Position numbers and translations under genes: made by a program
DNA from: an uncultured Nitrospiraceae bacterium
Lineage (GTDB): Bacteria; Nitrospirota; Thermodesulfovibrionia; Thermodesulfovibrionales; Dissulfurispiraceae
Length of the DNA stretch: 64,000 nucleotides
Assembly (NCBI GenBank): GCA_963705105.1
Contig: CAVPIW010000012.1
Span: 160,001-224,000, forward strand
Direction: 5' to 3'
The notes under the pieces: generated by a model
What the model saw: the letters and a program-made list of their open reading frames with translations, nothing else
Database searches by the model: none
Told to the model about the DNA's origin: nothing
Part shown: piece by piece, positions 18,476 to 28,484 of the stretch
How positions within the stretch are numbered: position 1 is the stretch's first letter
Layout: each line of letters starts with the position of its first letter

Positions 18476-21049
18476 CTATTTATGTAGCTCGATGACCGAT
18501 ATGTCTTTACCGAGCTCGTTGACAGGGTCGACGATGATCTTGTCCTCTGCGACTGAGTACACGTAGTCGTCCATGAATATGCTCCGCTTTACGACCGTCT
18601 GAGGCTGGGTCCACCAACTGCCGCACATCTGCGGGGCCTGGGGCGATAAAGGGCTGACGTGGGACACTCCTCCCTTGAAGGAAAACCCCGATCGCACCGA
18701 GACGTCATAGACGAGCAGGCCGCTGAAGGTCATCGTGGTGTTATACATGTCGCCTCCTGCGACGCCCTCGCAGATCGTCGCAGGTATCGCGAGAAGGCCC
18801 TTCGATGCGAAGTAGTTGAAGGCAAGATGGTTCGTCGCGGCTTCGGAGGCCGTTCCCCTCGTGCCGATCACTTCCCTGTGCATGAGGCTGGGGTTCGCCA
18901 TGTCGCCCACATCGAAGATCTGGAGCATGATGCCCTGAAACCATGCGAAGTCTCCCTGGTCCGCGGCATCATAGCCGATGGTCAAAAGATGCGACTCATC
19001 CATAAGATGCATATACGTGGAGTACCCCGGAATCTTGAGCGTCCCGACGACCTTCGGTGATGCGGGAGAACTCAGGTCGAGAGAAAACAAGGGATCGGTC
19101 TTCTTAAACGTCACCAAAAAACCTCTTTCGCCGTAGAACCTGGCAGAGCGTACATCTTCCCCGGGTGCGATGTTGTCCACCTGACCGGCAAGAACAAGCT
19201 CACCATTCGTCTCCTGCAGTATGCTTACAGTGCTGTGCGTTCGCGGATCAGGCAGGTGGCCGCTCGTTGAGGCGATCCGGAAATGCCCGTCCCATTCATC
19301 CATGGAGAACTGGTTCAGGACATTGCCCTTCACGGAACCGCTTGCAGTGTATACGTTCGCGGCAGGGTTCGATCCGATGCTGAATTTGTGCACCACCGTC
19401 GACTCCTTTGGAACCTCCGGCATTCCGAAGACCGGGGCAAACGGGATTGACGCGTGCTGCCTTGCCGCGACATAGAGGGATGCCGGAGTGGCGTAGACCG
19501 CTCCCGGCCGCCCCAGAATCGTCGTCGCCTTTACATCGTCATTCCTGTCCATGTCCAGGGAGAGGACCGACAGGAACGACTGGCCGTCGGGCAGGACTGT
19601 TGAGCTGAAATCCCGGCAGTCGGCGAGTATGTTGTCCGTGCTGACCGTGGTCCCGTCGATGTGGCGGATGTCTTCGATACTCGGCAGCACGTCCGATATG
19701 TCGGCATTCTCTATGGCAAGACGATTCGTTGTTTTGAGATCCTCCAGGGCCGTCACCACTTCCTCAACCGACGGTCGTGTCGGCGCCCCGGGACCATATG
19801 TCCAGCAGTGGTTCATGATGTCGGGCCAGTAGGAGACACCAGGGAAGGACGGGGGAGGGAAGGTCGCAACGGTGTGGACGGCCGTGCCGATCCTTCGCGC
19901 ATTTATATAGGACCCTGAAAGTCTCAGCTCGCGCTGGAGCACAGGGTTTGCGGGATCGGTGATGTCGAAGACCGATATCTTCGTCTTTCTGCCGTCACCG
20001 GTGAAGTCGCAGTCATACCCGTAGGAGCACTCCGGCACTCCCGGATAGAAGGCGCCGAGGGACCCCCAGGGGCTGTTGTACGGGCCGGAAAGGTCGATCG
20101 ATCCGAGGCTGGAATACACGAGGGCCTTGCCCGAAGAAACGAAGAGCTTCCTCGGTTCCCCTTCAATCGCCTGGGAGCCGATCACCCTGCTCTCCTGCGG
20201 AGGCCAGGCGTCGATGATCTGGAAGCGCCCGTCGGCGACGATATAGATGAGCGAACCGTCGTTCTTGACGAAGTCCGCCTCATCCACGCCTGCCACCTGG
20301 ACGTTCGTTCCGGAATACTGTGTCGCGCCGCCGTCGGCAACGGGCGCAGCAGGCGGGGGCACAGGGCCGGCGGAGAAATAGACTGGTATGGGACAGACGC
20401 CGTAGTTGAGCACGTCCTGAGTCAGACTGAAGATGGTCTCCTCCATCTCTCTCACTGCCCGATCCTTCAAAGACTGCAGGACGGCATCGCATCCGTTCAG
20501 GGGAGTGAGCGCTGAGAGGTGTTGCGCTACCGCCCGGGGCGAGGAATCGAAGGACGTCTCCCACAGGAAGTGCCTTTCCTGACTGCCCGCAGGAGTCACG
20601 GCGACATAGAATTTATATTCCCCGGGAGGAAGGCTCGACACCTGAATGCTGTCGAAGACAATCTCCCTGCTGATTTCCCGTATCCCGGCTTTCCATGGTT
20701 CAAGACCCTGGGAGGCGGGCTGCAGGCGGCCGTCCCCGTTCAATATGTAAATGTTCTTATCATCGACTGCCGCAGAGAAAACTCCGACATACAGATCGAC
20801 GGGACCGTCAAACCTGCTGAAGGCTGTCTCCACAGACAGCAGGTCTCCCCTGAAGGAAAGACCGAGCGGCCTCGCCTGGAGAGGATCGGCACTCGTGACC
20901 GGCATGGACAATGGGACGAACTGAAAAGCGTCTCCGCCCCCGGGGACTGACATAGCCGGAGCCGGCGATGAAATCGACAGGCAGAGAAGAACAAACGAAA
21001 CCATGACAAACCCTGCCATGATCCTCCCGAAAAGAGTGCCTCTGGTCAT
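18476..21049 (-). CDS. Secreted protein with C-terminal beta-propeller (Beta_propel / COG4880-like)
   Basis: YSGTNVQVAGVDEADFVKNDG, LNQFSMDE, LVTFKKTDPLF, LKIPGYSTYMH; GGGAGG RBS at ATG 21049. Confidence 0.9.
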   Translation of the reverse strand: MTRGTLFGRIMAGFVMVSFVLLCLSISSPAPAMSVPGGGDAFQFVPLSMPVTSADPLQARPLGLSFRGDLLSVETAFSRFDGPVDLYVGVFSAAVDDKNIYILNGDGRLQPASQGLEPWKAGIREISREIVFDSIQVSSLPPGEYKFYVAVTPAGSQERHFLWETSFDSSPRAVAQHLSALTPLNGCDAVLQSLKDRAVREMEETIFSLTQDVLNYGVCPIPVYFSAGPVPPPAAPVADGGATQYSGTNVQVAGVDEADFVKNDGSLIYIVADGRFQIIDAWPPQESRVIGSQAIEGEPRKLFVSSGKALVYSSLGSIDLSGPYNSPWGSLGAFYPGVPECSYGYDCDFTGDGRKTKISVFDITDPANPVLQRELRLSGSYINARRIGTAVHTVATFPPPSFPGVSYWPDIMNHCWTYGPGAPTRPSVEEVVTALEDLKTTNRLAIENADISDVLPSIEDIRHIDGTTVSTDNILADCRDFSSTVLPDGQSFLSVLSLDMDRNDDVKATTILGRPGAVYATPASLYVAARQHASIPFAPVFGMPEVPKESTVVHKFSIGSNPAANVYTASGSVKGNVLNQFSMDEWDGHFRIASTSGHLPDPRTHSTVSILQETNGELVLAGQVDNIAPGEDVRSARFYGERGFLVTFKKTDPLFSLDLSSPASPKVVGTLKIPGYSTYMHLMDESHLLTIGYDAADQGDFAWFQGIMLQIFDVGDMANPSLMHREVIGTRGTASEAATNHLAFNYFASKGLLAIPATICEGVAGGDMYNTTMTFSGLLVYDVSVRSGFSFKGGVSHVSPLSPQAPQMCGSWWTQPQTVVKRSIFMDDYVYSVAEDKIIVDPVNELGKDISVIELHK

Positions 21050-21190
21050 GTTGTCCTCCCTATTAAAGAATTCGCAAGCCTCGCCCCTTTCACGCCGATG
21101 CATCCGGGTTTCGGTCTTCCTGGCGCTGTGCATCGGCGCAGGCGGGAACTTCCGGTCTCTCTCCAGAGCATCCCTCAGAATATCACATTC

Positions 21191-21388
21191 ACATTATCGC
21201 TGCAATACACTCCCGGGAAAGGCGGGGCTGGGGTGAATGCGCCGAAAACCCTGCTGCGGCGACACCTTTGCCTTCCCATGAAGACGTTTTCAGGCAAAAG
21301 GCTGAAAAAGGTGACCCTTTTACGGACACTCACAATGACACTGTTTTTCAGAGCGCTTCGCCCCGCCTTTCCATGCAACAGGAAGGTT
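21191..21388 (+). repeat. Family A full copy
   Basis: Closely similar to the 18183 and 30666 copies. Confidence 0.9.
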
Positions 21389-21554
21389 CAGTAACGCGGA
21401 GGTGGTTGAGTTCTCGCAAAGAAACAAGGAGTTCGTCCCAGTCTTGACCGTCATGTCGATGCCGGGCTTCCTGCGGTTTTCAGGGTACAGGGTTGGAGAA
21501 GAATGACTCTTATATGGTACATTTAAAGAAAGTGACAATTGGGAAGGGAGCATT

Positions 21555-21908
21555 ATGGGAAATTTTGTCTACAAGGAATACACGCCGGAGGAGAGCGAGA
21601 TATACGAGGCGGCGCTCATGCAGATAAAGAAGTCGGTGAAGGACGGGTTGCCGTTCCACGATGCCTGCACCGCCGTCTGTATCGAAGATACGGAACTGAA
21701 AAGCTTCATCGTTTCCGACGCCCTGAAGATCCTCATCGCGGAGCTCCACTTCGTGGGGAATCTTCCCCTTGATAAAGTGGGCGAACTCCTCTGTTTGACA
21801 AGAACGGAGATCGGCACTGCCGTGAAAGAGATGCTCGAAGATGTGGGGATATCCTCGGCTGAGATGTTCAAGAAGCTCAACCCGGACAGCCCGATCGGCA
21901 ACGCATAG
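21555..21908 (+). CDS. Hypothetical protein
   Basis: GGGAG RBS; first gene of a tightly packed operon. Confidence 0.8.
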   Translation: MGNFVYKEYTPEESEIYEAALMQIKKSVKDGLPFHDACTAVCIEDTELKSFIVSDALKILIAELHFVGNLPLDKVGELLCLTRTEIGTAVKEMLEDVGISSAEMFKKLNPDSPIGNA

Positions 21909-21913
21909 GAGGT

Positions 21914-22177
21914 GTGATGGGAGATCAGAACAAGAGAGTCAGGGTTTACGGTCTTACAACGTGCCCGTCCTGCAAGAGGGTGAAAAAATACCTCGAAGAG
22001 CAGGGCGTCCAGTTCGAATACATCGAAGTCGATGCCCTTGACAGCGGCGAGCAGTGGCTCAAGACAAAGGAGCTGAAGCAATACAATCCGCAGGGCACCT
22101 ACCCGACCGTCATTGTCGAGGATGTCATCCTCGGCCTTGATGAGGCAGGACTGAAAAAGGCCCTGAACCTGTCATGA
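21914..22177 (+). CDS. Glutaredoxin-like protein
   Basis: CPSC motif and cis-Pro motif YPTV. Confidence 0.9.
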   Translation: MMGDQNKRVRVYGLTTCPSCKRVKKYLEEQGVQFEYIEVDALDSGEQWLKTKELKQYNPQGTYPTVIVEDVILGLDEAGLKKALNLS

Positions 22178-22503
22178 CACCGGAAAGGCTTTTTGAAGTC
22201 CTGACGAAATACGCCCAATCCAAGGGCACGGAGCTGAACGCCGACAAGGAGTTTGTGATGGAGATCCTCATGGGTCTTCTGAAGAATGAAGAGCGGTACG
22301 GCTACCGGTCCTGTCCCTGCCGTCTCGCAACGGGGTTGAAAGAAAAGGATGCCGACATCATCTGTCCCTGTGCATACAAGGATGCCGATGTGGCGGAGTA
22401 TGGCAGCTGCTACTGCGCGCTCTATGTATCAAAGGAATGGAATGCCGGCTCGGTCGAGCACGTTTTCGTGCCCGAGAGAAGACCGCTGGATAAAATGAAG
22501 TGA
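22174..22503 (+). CDS. Ferredoxin:thioredoxin reductase catalytic subunit
   Basis: CPC...CPC...CYC motifs. Confidence 0.92.
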   Translation: MTPERLFEVLTKYAQSKGTELNADKEFVMEILMGLLKNEERYGYRSCPCRLATGLKEKDADIICPCAYKDADVAEYGSCYCALYVSKEWNAGSVEHVFVPERRPLDKMK

Positions 22504-22527
22504 ACCCACAGGGGAGGAAGTGACGTT

Positions 22528-22899
22528 ATGATGTTTCAAGATCTGTTGACGTTCAAAGATGTCAAGGACGAGCCTTTTATCATTGAGCATGTTCTCTGGG
22601 ATATGGAGCCGAAGTGCCTCATGGCGCCGCGTATTAAAACGACGGACAAAGGCTCGGAATTGCGTGAGCCGATCAAGGGTTACATCTTTTATATCGACAC
22701 GATGGGCGATAAGCTGCAGCTTCTCCTCATCCGCCATACCGCCGCTGAATACGGCGAGACCCTCGCCCAGGTGGACGAGGCGCCTGAAGAACTCCTTGCA
22801 GAGGCCGTCGAGGAGGGCAAGGAAAAGATGTGCTTCGGCATGTGTCCGCTGAACGATAAGGTCAAGTCCTGGCTCAAGAAAGAACTGGGCGTGCAATAA
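22528..22899 (+). CDS. Hypothetical protein
   Basis: GGAGG RBS; in operon. Confidence 0.8.
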   Translation: MMFQDLLTFKDVKDEPFIIEHVLWDMEPKCLMAPRIKTTDKGSELREPIKGYIFYIDTMGDKLQLLLIRHTAAEYGETLAQVDEAPEELLAEAVEEGKEKMCFGMCPLNDKVKSWLKKELGVQ

Positions 22900-22975
22900 C
22901 CGCTCCGTCCCGGACAGGGAAAGCCGGCCGGAGGTCCCGCTGTTTCTTTGCGGCGGCATCTCCGGCCGCAACATT

Positions 22976-24109
22976 ATGATGGTTCACAGCCTCTACATCC
23001 ATATCCCCTTCTGCCTCAGGAAATGCCCCTACTGTGACTTCTGCTCCGTCCCCTATGACGAAGAACCGGCCCGCCGCACCATCGCAGCCGTCATGCGTGA
23101 ACTGGAAATGCGGAGCCGCGACGCCTGCGAGCTTTCGACGGTCTACATCGGCGGCGGCACGCCGACGATCGTCCCGGCCTCTGAACTGATCAGACTCATA
23201 GGCTCGGTCAGGGACTATTACCGCGTCGCGCCTGATGCCGAAATTACTGTCGAAGCGAACCCGGGCACCGTAACGAATGATTCCGTCAGGGCCCTTGCCG
23301 GTGCCGGCATCAACCGGTTCAGCCTCGGTGTCCAGTCCTTCGACGACGGTGAACTGAAAGCACTCGGGAGAATATACGGCTCCGGTGATGTCCTGAGCGC
23401 TGTCGACGCCGTGCGAGGCGCGGGAATCCGGAACCTGAGCCTCGACCTCATGTACGGCATCCCGGGGCAGACCCGGGATGCCTGGTCCGCCCATATCTGC
23501 AAAGCGATCGGTCTTGGCCCGGAACACATCTCGACCTATGAGCTGACCGTCGAACCGGGTACCCCACTTGAAGTCGCCGTGTCAAAGGGCCGGACGGAGA
23601 AACCCGGCGACGACACGATCGTTGCCATGTACGAAGACGTCATCGACAGGCTGACCGCCGCCGGCTACCGTCATTATGAGATCTCCAACTTCGCCAAACC
23701 CGGTTTCGGGTGCCGTCACAACATCAACTACTGGAACAGGGGGGAATACATCGGCGCCGGCGCCGGCGCCCACAGTTTCATCAACGGCAGGAGGATCAGG
23801 AACTTCTCGCGCATCGATCGATACAACGAAGCCCTGGAGCATGGGCGTTTACCTGTCGAAGAGGAGACGGAGACGGGGCGAGTCGATGCGATCAAGGAGT
23901 TTATCATGCTCGGTTTGAGGAAGACGGGGGGTGTGGATCTGAGACTGTGCAGAGCGGAATTCGGCTTTGATCTGGCCGGGTCCTGCGCCACGATGATCGG
24001 CCAGGGGCTGATGACGACAGGGGACGGCTTCATCAGGCTCACCAGGAAAGGGATCATTCTTTCAAACAGCGTCATCGCCGAGCTTTTCCGGGCAGCAGAG
24101 AAAACGTAG
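22976..24109 (+). CDS. hemW: Radical SAM heme chaperone HemW (HemN-like)
   Basis: LYIHIPFC..KCPYCDF, GGGTP, YEISNF, HN..YW. Confidence 0.9.
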   Translation: MMVHSLYIHIPFCLRKCPYCDFCSVPYDEEPARRTIAAVMRELEMRSRDACELSTVYIGGGTPTIVPASELIRLIGSVRDYYRVAPDAEITVEANPGTVTNDSVRALAGAGINRFSLGVQSFDDGELKALGRIYGSGDVLSAVDAVRGAGIRNLSLDLMYGIPGQTRDAWSAHICKAIGLGPEHISTYELTVEPGTPLEVAVSKGRTEKPGDDTIVAMYEDVIDRLTAAGYRHYEISNFAKPGFGCRHNINYWNRGEYIGAGAGAHSFINGRRIRNFSRIDRYNEALEHGRLPVEEETETGRVDAIKEFIMLGLRKTGGVDLRLCRAEFGFDLAGSCATMIGQGLMTTGDGFIRLTRKGIILSNSVIAELFRAAEKT

Positions 24110-24137
24110 CCCGTCCCGCAAAACGAAAAACGATACT

Positions 24138-24350
24138 CAAGACAGTCTCACGCAAAGCCGCAAAGAGCGCAAAGAAAGACAAGACAGTGTGAGTGTCAGT
24201 GTCTGTGAGCGGATCGTCGAATGCCGACAAACGATCACCCTTTGCCGTGTGGACAGACGACAAATGACCGTCAGGCAACAGGCGCTTAACACCTTGAGAA
24301 GTCTCATCATCGCATTGGAAAGGCTTTGAACCATGTTGCCTTCCCGCCGG
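24138..24350 (+). repeat. Composite repeat: C module (24138-24180), GTGTCA hexamers, and partial family B element (~24236-24350)
   Basis: 43-bp match (1 mismatch) to 51764-51806; CCGTCAGGCAACAG..TCATCATCGCATTGGAAAGGCTTTGAACC matches 41948-42012. Confidence 0.85.
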
Positions 24351-24395
24351 CAGCTTCGCTGTGAGATGGCAAGAGGGTCTCCGACTGACGGCTGT

Positions 24396-25994
24396 TTATT
24401 TCTTGGCAGTTTTTATGTCCATCCAGCAGAAGGGGTCACGCTCCGCGAAGATATCCAACCCATAACTGTACGAGACGGCGAGGCATCCTCCGCAGGCGGC
24501 CCTGACGGGGCAGCCGCTGCAGGCGGCGCATCCGTCCCGGTAGCGCCGGGCCTCCGGAGAATCGAATATTTCAAGCAGGCTTTGTTCATAGATGTTGCCG
24601 ATCAAGGAGGGCAGCTTCCTGCAGGCGTGGACCTCTCCGTCGGCGAGGACGGCAACGAAATTGAAAGCCGCGCCGCACCCGTAGCCGGTGCAGCCGCCGA
24701 ACAGCTCCAGGTCGTCGTTATATCGCAGAATATTGATGAGATTGTCCTTGAACTCGATCACGGGATTTTCCTGGGCGGCCATAACGAACTCGTCGAGGAA
24801 CGCCCTGTACTCTTCCGGATCAGGGAGCTGCAGGTTCGCCCCCTCGCCCACCATGGACAGGCGGTTGAAGAGGAACGAGTCCGCCTTCCCTCTCAGCATC
24901 TCTGCAAGGGGTATGATCTCATGCATGTTGTCCCGCGTCAGGGTGAGCATGACCCGTGAGCGGACGCCCAGGTCACGCAGGAGGGCGAGGAATACCTCCA
25001 TCCGCGCAAAATGGCCTTTGCCGCGCATGTAATCGTTGTGTTCGGGCAGACCTTCCAGACTGACCTGGTAGAAGGAAGGGTGCTGAATGGCGATCAGTTT
25101 CTCCATCTGACGCCGTGTGGCAGGATTGCCGAGAATGGCCGTCAGAAAGCCGCGGTCGGCGGCTGCACGGTAGATGTCGTAGAACCGGGGGTGGAGAAAT
25201 GGATTGCCGCCCGTAAAAGACACGGCGCCGGTGACGCTCTTTTTTCCCGCAAAGAGCCTGAGGTCATCGAGCACGCCTATGGCCTGCTCCAGCGTCGGCT
25301 TTTGGCGGTCGCTGCGGTCGTAGCAATGCCTGCACCTCAGGTCACAGGCCTGCGTGATGTGCCACTGCAGGGTGAAGACATCCGTGCAGAGGAGGGCGTC
25401 GTCAACGGGATGACCAGGGGCGAGGATCCGCGGGTCACGCCTGATCAGTGGGGGAGGCGTGAGGAGGATGCCGGCGGAGACGGCATCGTCGATGACCCTG
25501 TCGATGATCCTCGGGGGAAGGCCTTCGGCCCGGGCGACGTCGGCCGGGTCGAGACCTTCGGCGACGATCTTGAGGGCAAGGAGGTCCCTGTCAGAAGCGG
25601 GTCTCATGCGGGCCTCACCGGTCCCTGCGTTTTTCCACAGGAGGACCAGTTCCTCTCCACGCACGGGGACCTCCCCTTTACCTTTCATCATGACAAAATC
25701 GGCGAGGCCGCGCCACGACAAGGGGAGCAGACGGAGACTCGGATTGACCGTCATCCCGTCGACGGCGACGTGTATCTCGGCATGTTGGAGAGCTTTAAGA
25801 TGAAATTCGAGGCGTGAAAGGTCCGCCAGGAATCCGGGCAATGCGACGTCGACCCGCCGGGCCAGTATCTCCCGGAACTCGTCGGGATCTAACGCCTGAG
25901 AATGTCCGCCGAAAAGCTGCTCCCAGAGATCAGGGCCTATGACGGTGCGGCAGACAGGGAATGAATCGTCGGGCTGCAGGTTATCCATTGTCAT
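24396..25994 (-). CDS. sbtM: Radical SAM/SPASM peptide maturase, SbtM (selenobiotic / thio(seleno)oxazole RiPP) type
   Basis: FTLQWHITQACDLRCRHCY; SPASM region GGCTGYGCGAAFNF..CRK..CAACSGC...CGGC..DPFC; long N-terminal extension; directly downstream of a UGA-containing precursor. Confidence 0.88.
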   Translation of the reverse strand: MTMDNLQPDDSFPVCRTVIGPDLWEQLFGGHSQALDPDEFREILARRVDVALPGFLADLSRLEFHLKALQHAEIHVAVDGMTVNPSLRLLPLSWRGLADFVMMKGKGEVPVRGEELVLLWKNAGTGEARMRPASDRDLLALKIVAEGLDPADVARAEGLPPRIIDRVIDDAVSAGILLTPPPLIRRDPRILAPGHPVDDALLCTDVFTLQWHITQACDLRCRHCYDRSDRQKPTLEQAIGVLDDLRLFAGKKSVTGAVSFTGGNPFLHPRFYDIYRAAADRGFLTAILGNPATRRQMEKLIAIQHPSFYQVSLEGLPEHNDYMRGKGHFARMEVFLALLRDLGVRSRVMLTLTRDNMHEIIPLAEMLRGKADSFLFNRLSMVGEGANLQLPDPEEYRAFLDEFVMAAQENPVIEFKDNLINILRYNDDLELFGGCTGYGCGAAFNFVAVLADGEVHACRKLPSLIGNIYEQSLLEIFDSPEARRYRDGCAACSGCPVRAACGGCLAVSYSYGLDIFAERDPFCWMDIKTAKK

Positions 25995-26077
25995 ATAGAA
26001 CGGGAAGAGGCCCGTTCAGGGAACGGGCCCCGGGTGTGTATCAGTCTGGCGAGTGCGAACCGCACTCGGCTGTCATC

Positions 26078-26380
26078 CTATCAACTGCTCTTCGGTGTCT
26101 TTTCCTCCGCAGAACCGGTCGACTTCTTCTCTTCATCGGACTTACCGGGCTGCGCAGGCTTCTTGTCCTTCTCTTTTTCTTCGGTGCTCCCGGCACCCTG
26201 CTGGGAGCCGCCTCAACCGGATTGAGCGGGCTTTTTCTCAGTGCCGCCGGCACTGGGCTGTCCGCTGCCTCAGCCGCTCTGGCTGGCAGCGTAGCTGTCC
26301 GTCGGGCCGAGGTTCGCACCGGCAATCAGGCTCGCGATTCCGACACCTGCAAGGATCTTCATCAGATCGCTCTTGTCCAT
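26078..26380 (-). CDS. sbtA: Selenocysteine-containing RiPP precursor, SbtA type (in-frame UGA at codons 37, 56 and 100)
   Basis: GGAGGTG RBS; my translation MDKSDLMKILAGVGIASLIAGANLGPTDSYAASQSG-U-GSGQPSAGGTEKKPAQSG-U-GGSQQGAGSTEEKEKDKKPAQPGKSDEEKKSTGSAEEKTPKSS-UGA-UAG; absent from the ORF track. Confidence 0.85.
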
Positions 26381-26586
26381 TGTTCACCTCCCTTGCTCAG
26401 AATTGAAATGCTCCGCCTGTGCCGAAGGCACGGCGCTCCGTCTTCCCTGATGATCGGCCGGTATGGGAGAAAAAGGTCGACTTTCCAGATGATGGAATGT
26501 GATACCCCATATTAATGCCGGCCCGATCCCGGCGACTTGTCTCTATAGTACAGGAACCGTGATGAAAATTTCCCATTCACAATCCC

Positions 26587-27072
26587 TCATCCCTCGACGA
26601 TGCCGCGCTCTTCCCACATAAACCAGTTTCCACTATCGTAGAGATAGGAGTACGTGTTCTGAAAGATGGCGAAATGCTCCTCTTCGTCCTTGACGAGGCA
26701 TTCGAAAAAGGCCCTTTCAGTCGGAGAGGAGGCCGCGGCAAGGGCCGTCCTGTAAAAGTCGATCGCTTCTTTCTCCATCGTCATGGCGGTCTCGAGTGCG
26801 GAGATTTCGTCGGCCGTCGAAGCGACCTGTTGCAGCATCGTTTCTTTGTGCTGCTCAAATATCTCCTTCATGTCCTCCAGTGGTGTCGCATCGGAGGGTT
26901 TGAATTCGCCTCCCCGCGAGACCTGGATCGCGCACTCCTTGTGGTATTGCTCATCTTCAGCGATACTGAGAAACATCTTTTTCCCGACGGGGTTGCTCGT
27001 CTTCTCCGCGCATTTCCTGTAAAAATCGATTGCCTCCTGCTCCATCTTCATTGCCATTTCAACAGTGTCCAT
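26587..27072 (-). CDS. Rubrerythrin/ferritin-like di-iron protein
   Basis: Duplicated AM.ME.EAIDFY...E..H motifs; GGGAGG RBS. Confidence 0.9.
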   Translation of the reverse strand: MDTVEMAMKMEQEAIDFYRKCAEKTSNPVGKKMFLSIAEDEQYHKECAIQVSRGGEFKPSDATPLEDMKEIFEQHKETMLQQVASTADEISALETAMTMEKEAIDFYRTALAAASSPTERAFFECLVKDEEEHFAIFQNTYSYLYDSGNWFMWEERGIVEG

Positions 27073-27449
27073 CGCTTTTCCTCCCAGATAAAGCGTTTTC
27101 ACGCACCAAACTCGGTTGCCGTCCTGACCGAATCGCCGGCGTCCAAAATAATCTGACACGACGATAGGGCATGATTTCTTTGCAAAATGTACCACCTTTG
27201 CGCTTGTGCATGCCTTGTTATGAAGATACAGGGTATCGCACGTTCACCTGTGCGGCTCCCCGACCGCTTCCGCCTCCGACTCCCGCCGCCGTGAAGATTA
27301 CCAGTGAAATCTTCTTCAGAAACCAAACTCCATCCTCGCTTTCAAGGTTTTGCCGTCAGCAATTCCGGACGCCGGCATGACCGGATATAGGTCTTCTTTC
27401 CAGCGCCACCATGTATAATTATACAGAATGCGAGGCGACAGGAGGTATC

Positions 27450-27995
27450 ATGAAAACACTGGTCAGTGCGGCTCTGTCAGTTGCGGTGATTCTCTGCATG
27501 AATCTTTCCCCTCTCTGGGCTCAGACTCAGGTCGTCGACGGGTACACCTTCGTAAGGGGATTGTCGGGAGCGAATGTGTGTCTCGGCCAATGGGTCGATC
27601 AAAGAGACGGGACAGGCTCCTGTGAGGGACAGCTCGTTGACGTCTTTCAACTCTCCGCCGTGTCATCGAGGCTCACCGCCGACAGGATGGACCAGATGCT
27701 CACGGTGCTGTCGGCGATAGACGAGAAATTGTCCGCCGGAAATGCGCAGATGGAAAAGCTCACTGATGTGACGGTGAAAGCACAGGAGTCCCTGGAGAAG
27801 CAGGTTCAGCAAACAGGAACGCTCCTGCAGGAGGCGATCGCCGGAAGGTTCGACAAGAGGCTCAGTGAACTGCCTGTGGAAATGCTGGCAAGTGAGGAGT
27901 TTCGGCTTGCCATGGAGGCGCTGAAGCAGGACATCCTCGATGAAGTGGAGAAGGTTTATCTCCGACGTCCCGCCGTCACGACCAAACCGAAGTGA
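27450..27995 (+). CDS. Secreted hypothetical protein with coiled-coil C-terminus
   Basis: GGAGG RBS; signal peptide; two Cys. Confidence 0.8.
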   Translation: MKTLVSAALSVAVILCMNLSPLWAQTQVVDGYTFVRGLSGANVCLGQWVDQRDGTGSCEGQLVDVFQLSAVSSRLTADRMDQMLTVLSAIDEKLSAGNAQMEKLTDVTVKAQESLEKQVQQTGTLLQEAIAGRFDKRLSELPVEMLASEEFRLAMEALKQDILDEVEKVYLRRPAVTTKPK

Positions 27996-28063
27996 ACCCT
28001 TCAATTGCCTGAAAAGGCCGGGCGAAGCGCATGAAAGCATTGCTGACGGCGACGATGTGAATG
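27993..28063 (-). repeat. Family A half copy (right arm, subtype 2)
   Basis: TGAACCCTTCAATTGCCTGAAAAGGCCGGGCGAAGCGC..TGCTGACGGCGACGATG resembles 47681-47750; begins on the upstream stop codon. Confidence 0.7.
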
Positions 28064-28270
28064 AACGTCACGACCCGTCAGGAAATAGAAGACTGCCGTG
28101 CCGGCGGGGTATCCGATGGGTCCTTGACGAAACAAAAGGTGTTCAGGTATTCTATACAAAGAATCTTAGAGGTTTTTGCGTCAGCTCAAGAGGCCACAAA
28201 GACTTTTAACTCTGTGGTCTCTTTTTTGTTCCACCCCTCTGAGATTTGAGTAAAAGAGAAGGAGGAAAAA

Positions 28271-28471
28271 ATGGCACAGGGAACAGTGAAATGGTTCAAT
28301 GACAGCAAGGGTTACGGCTTCATTACGTCTGAAGACAACACCGATGTTTTTGTCCACCACACATCCATCCAGGGTACGGGCTTCAAGAGCCTCGCCGAGG
28401 GTGACAAGGTCAGCTTCGATACTGAGAAAGGCCCCAAAGGCCCCAAAGCGATCAACGTCGTCAAATTATAA
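28271..28471 (+). CDS. csp: Cold-shock protein (CspA family)
   Basis: [21 protein letters not shown]. Confidence 0.97.
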   Translation: MAQGTVKWFNDSKGYGFITSEDNTDVFVHHTSIQGTGFKSLAEGDKVSFDTEKGPKGPKAINVVKL

Positions 28472-28484
28472 TTGACCACACAAT

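Noticed and set aside
24137..24334. Paralogous short ORFs MVQSLSNAMMR... (also 41655-42014) and MSVKGS.FSA... ORFs
   Set aside because: They are translations of repeat families A and B; frames and lengths are not conserved between copies
26041..26406. ORF-track ORFs 26041-26325 (-), 26053-26406 (+) and 25961-26515 (+)
   Set aside because: Shadow frames; the RBS-led UGA-containing frame from 26380 explains the region
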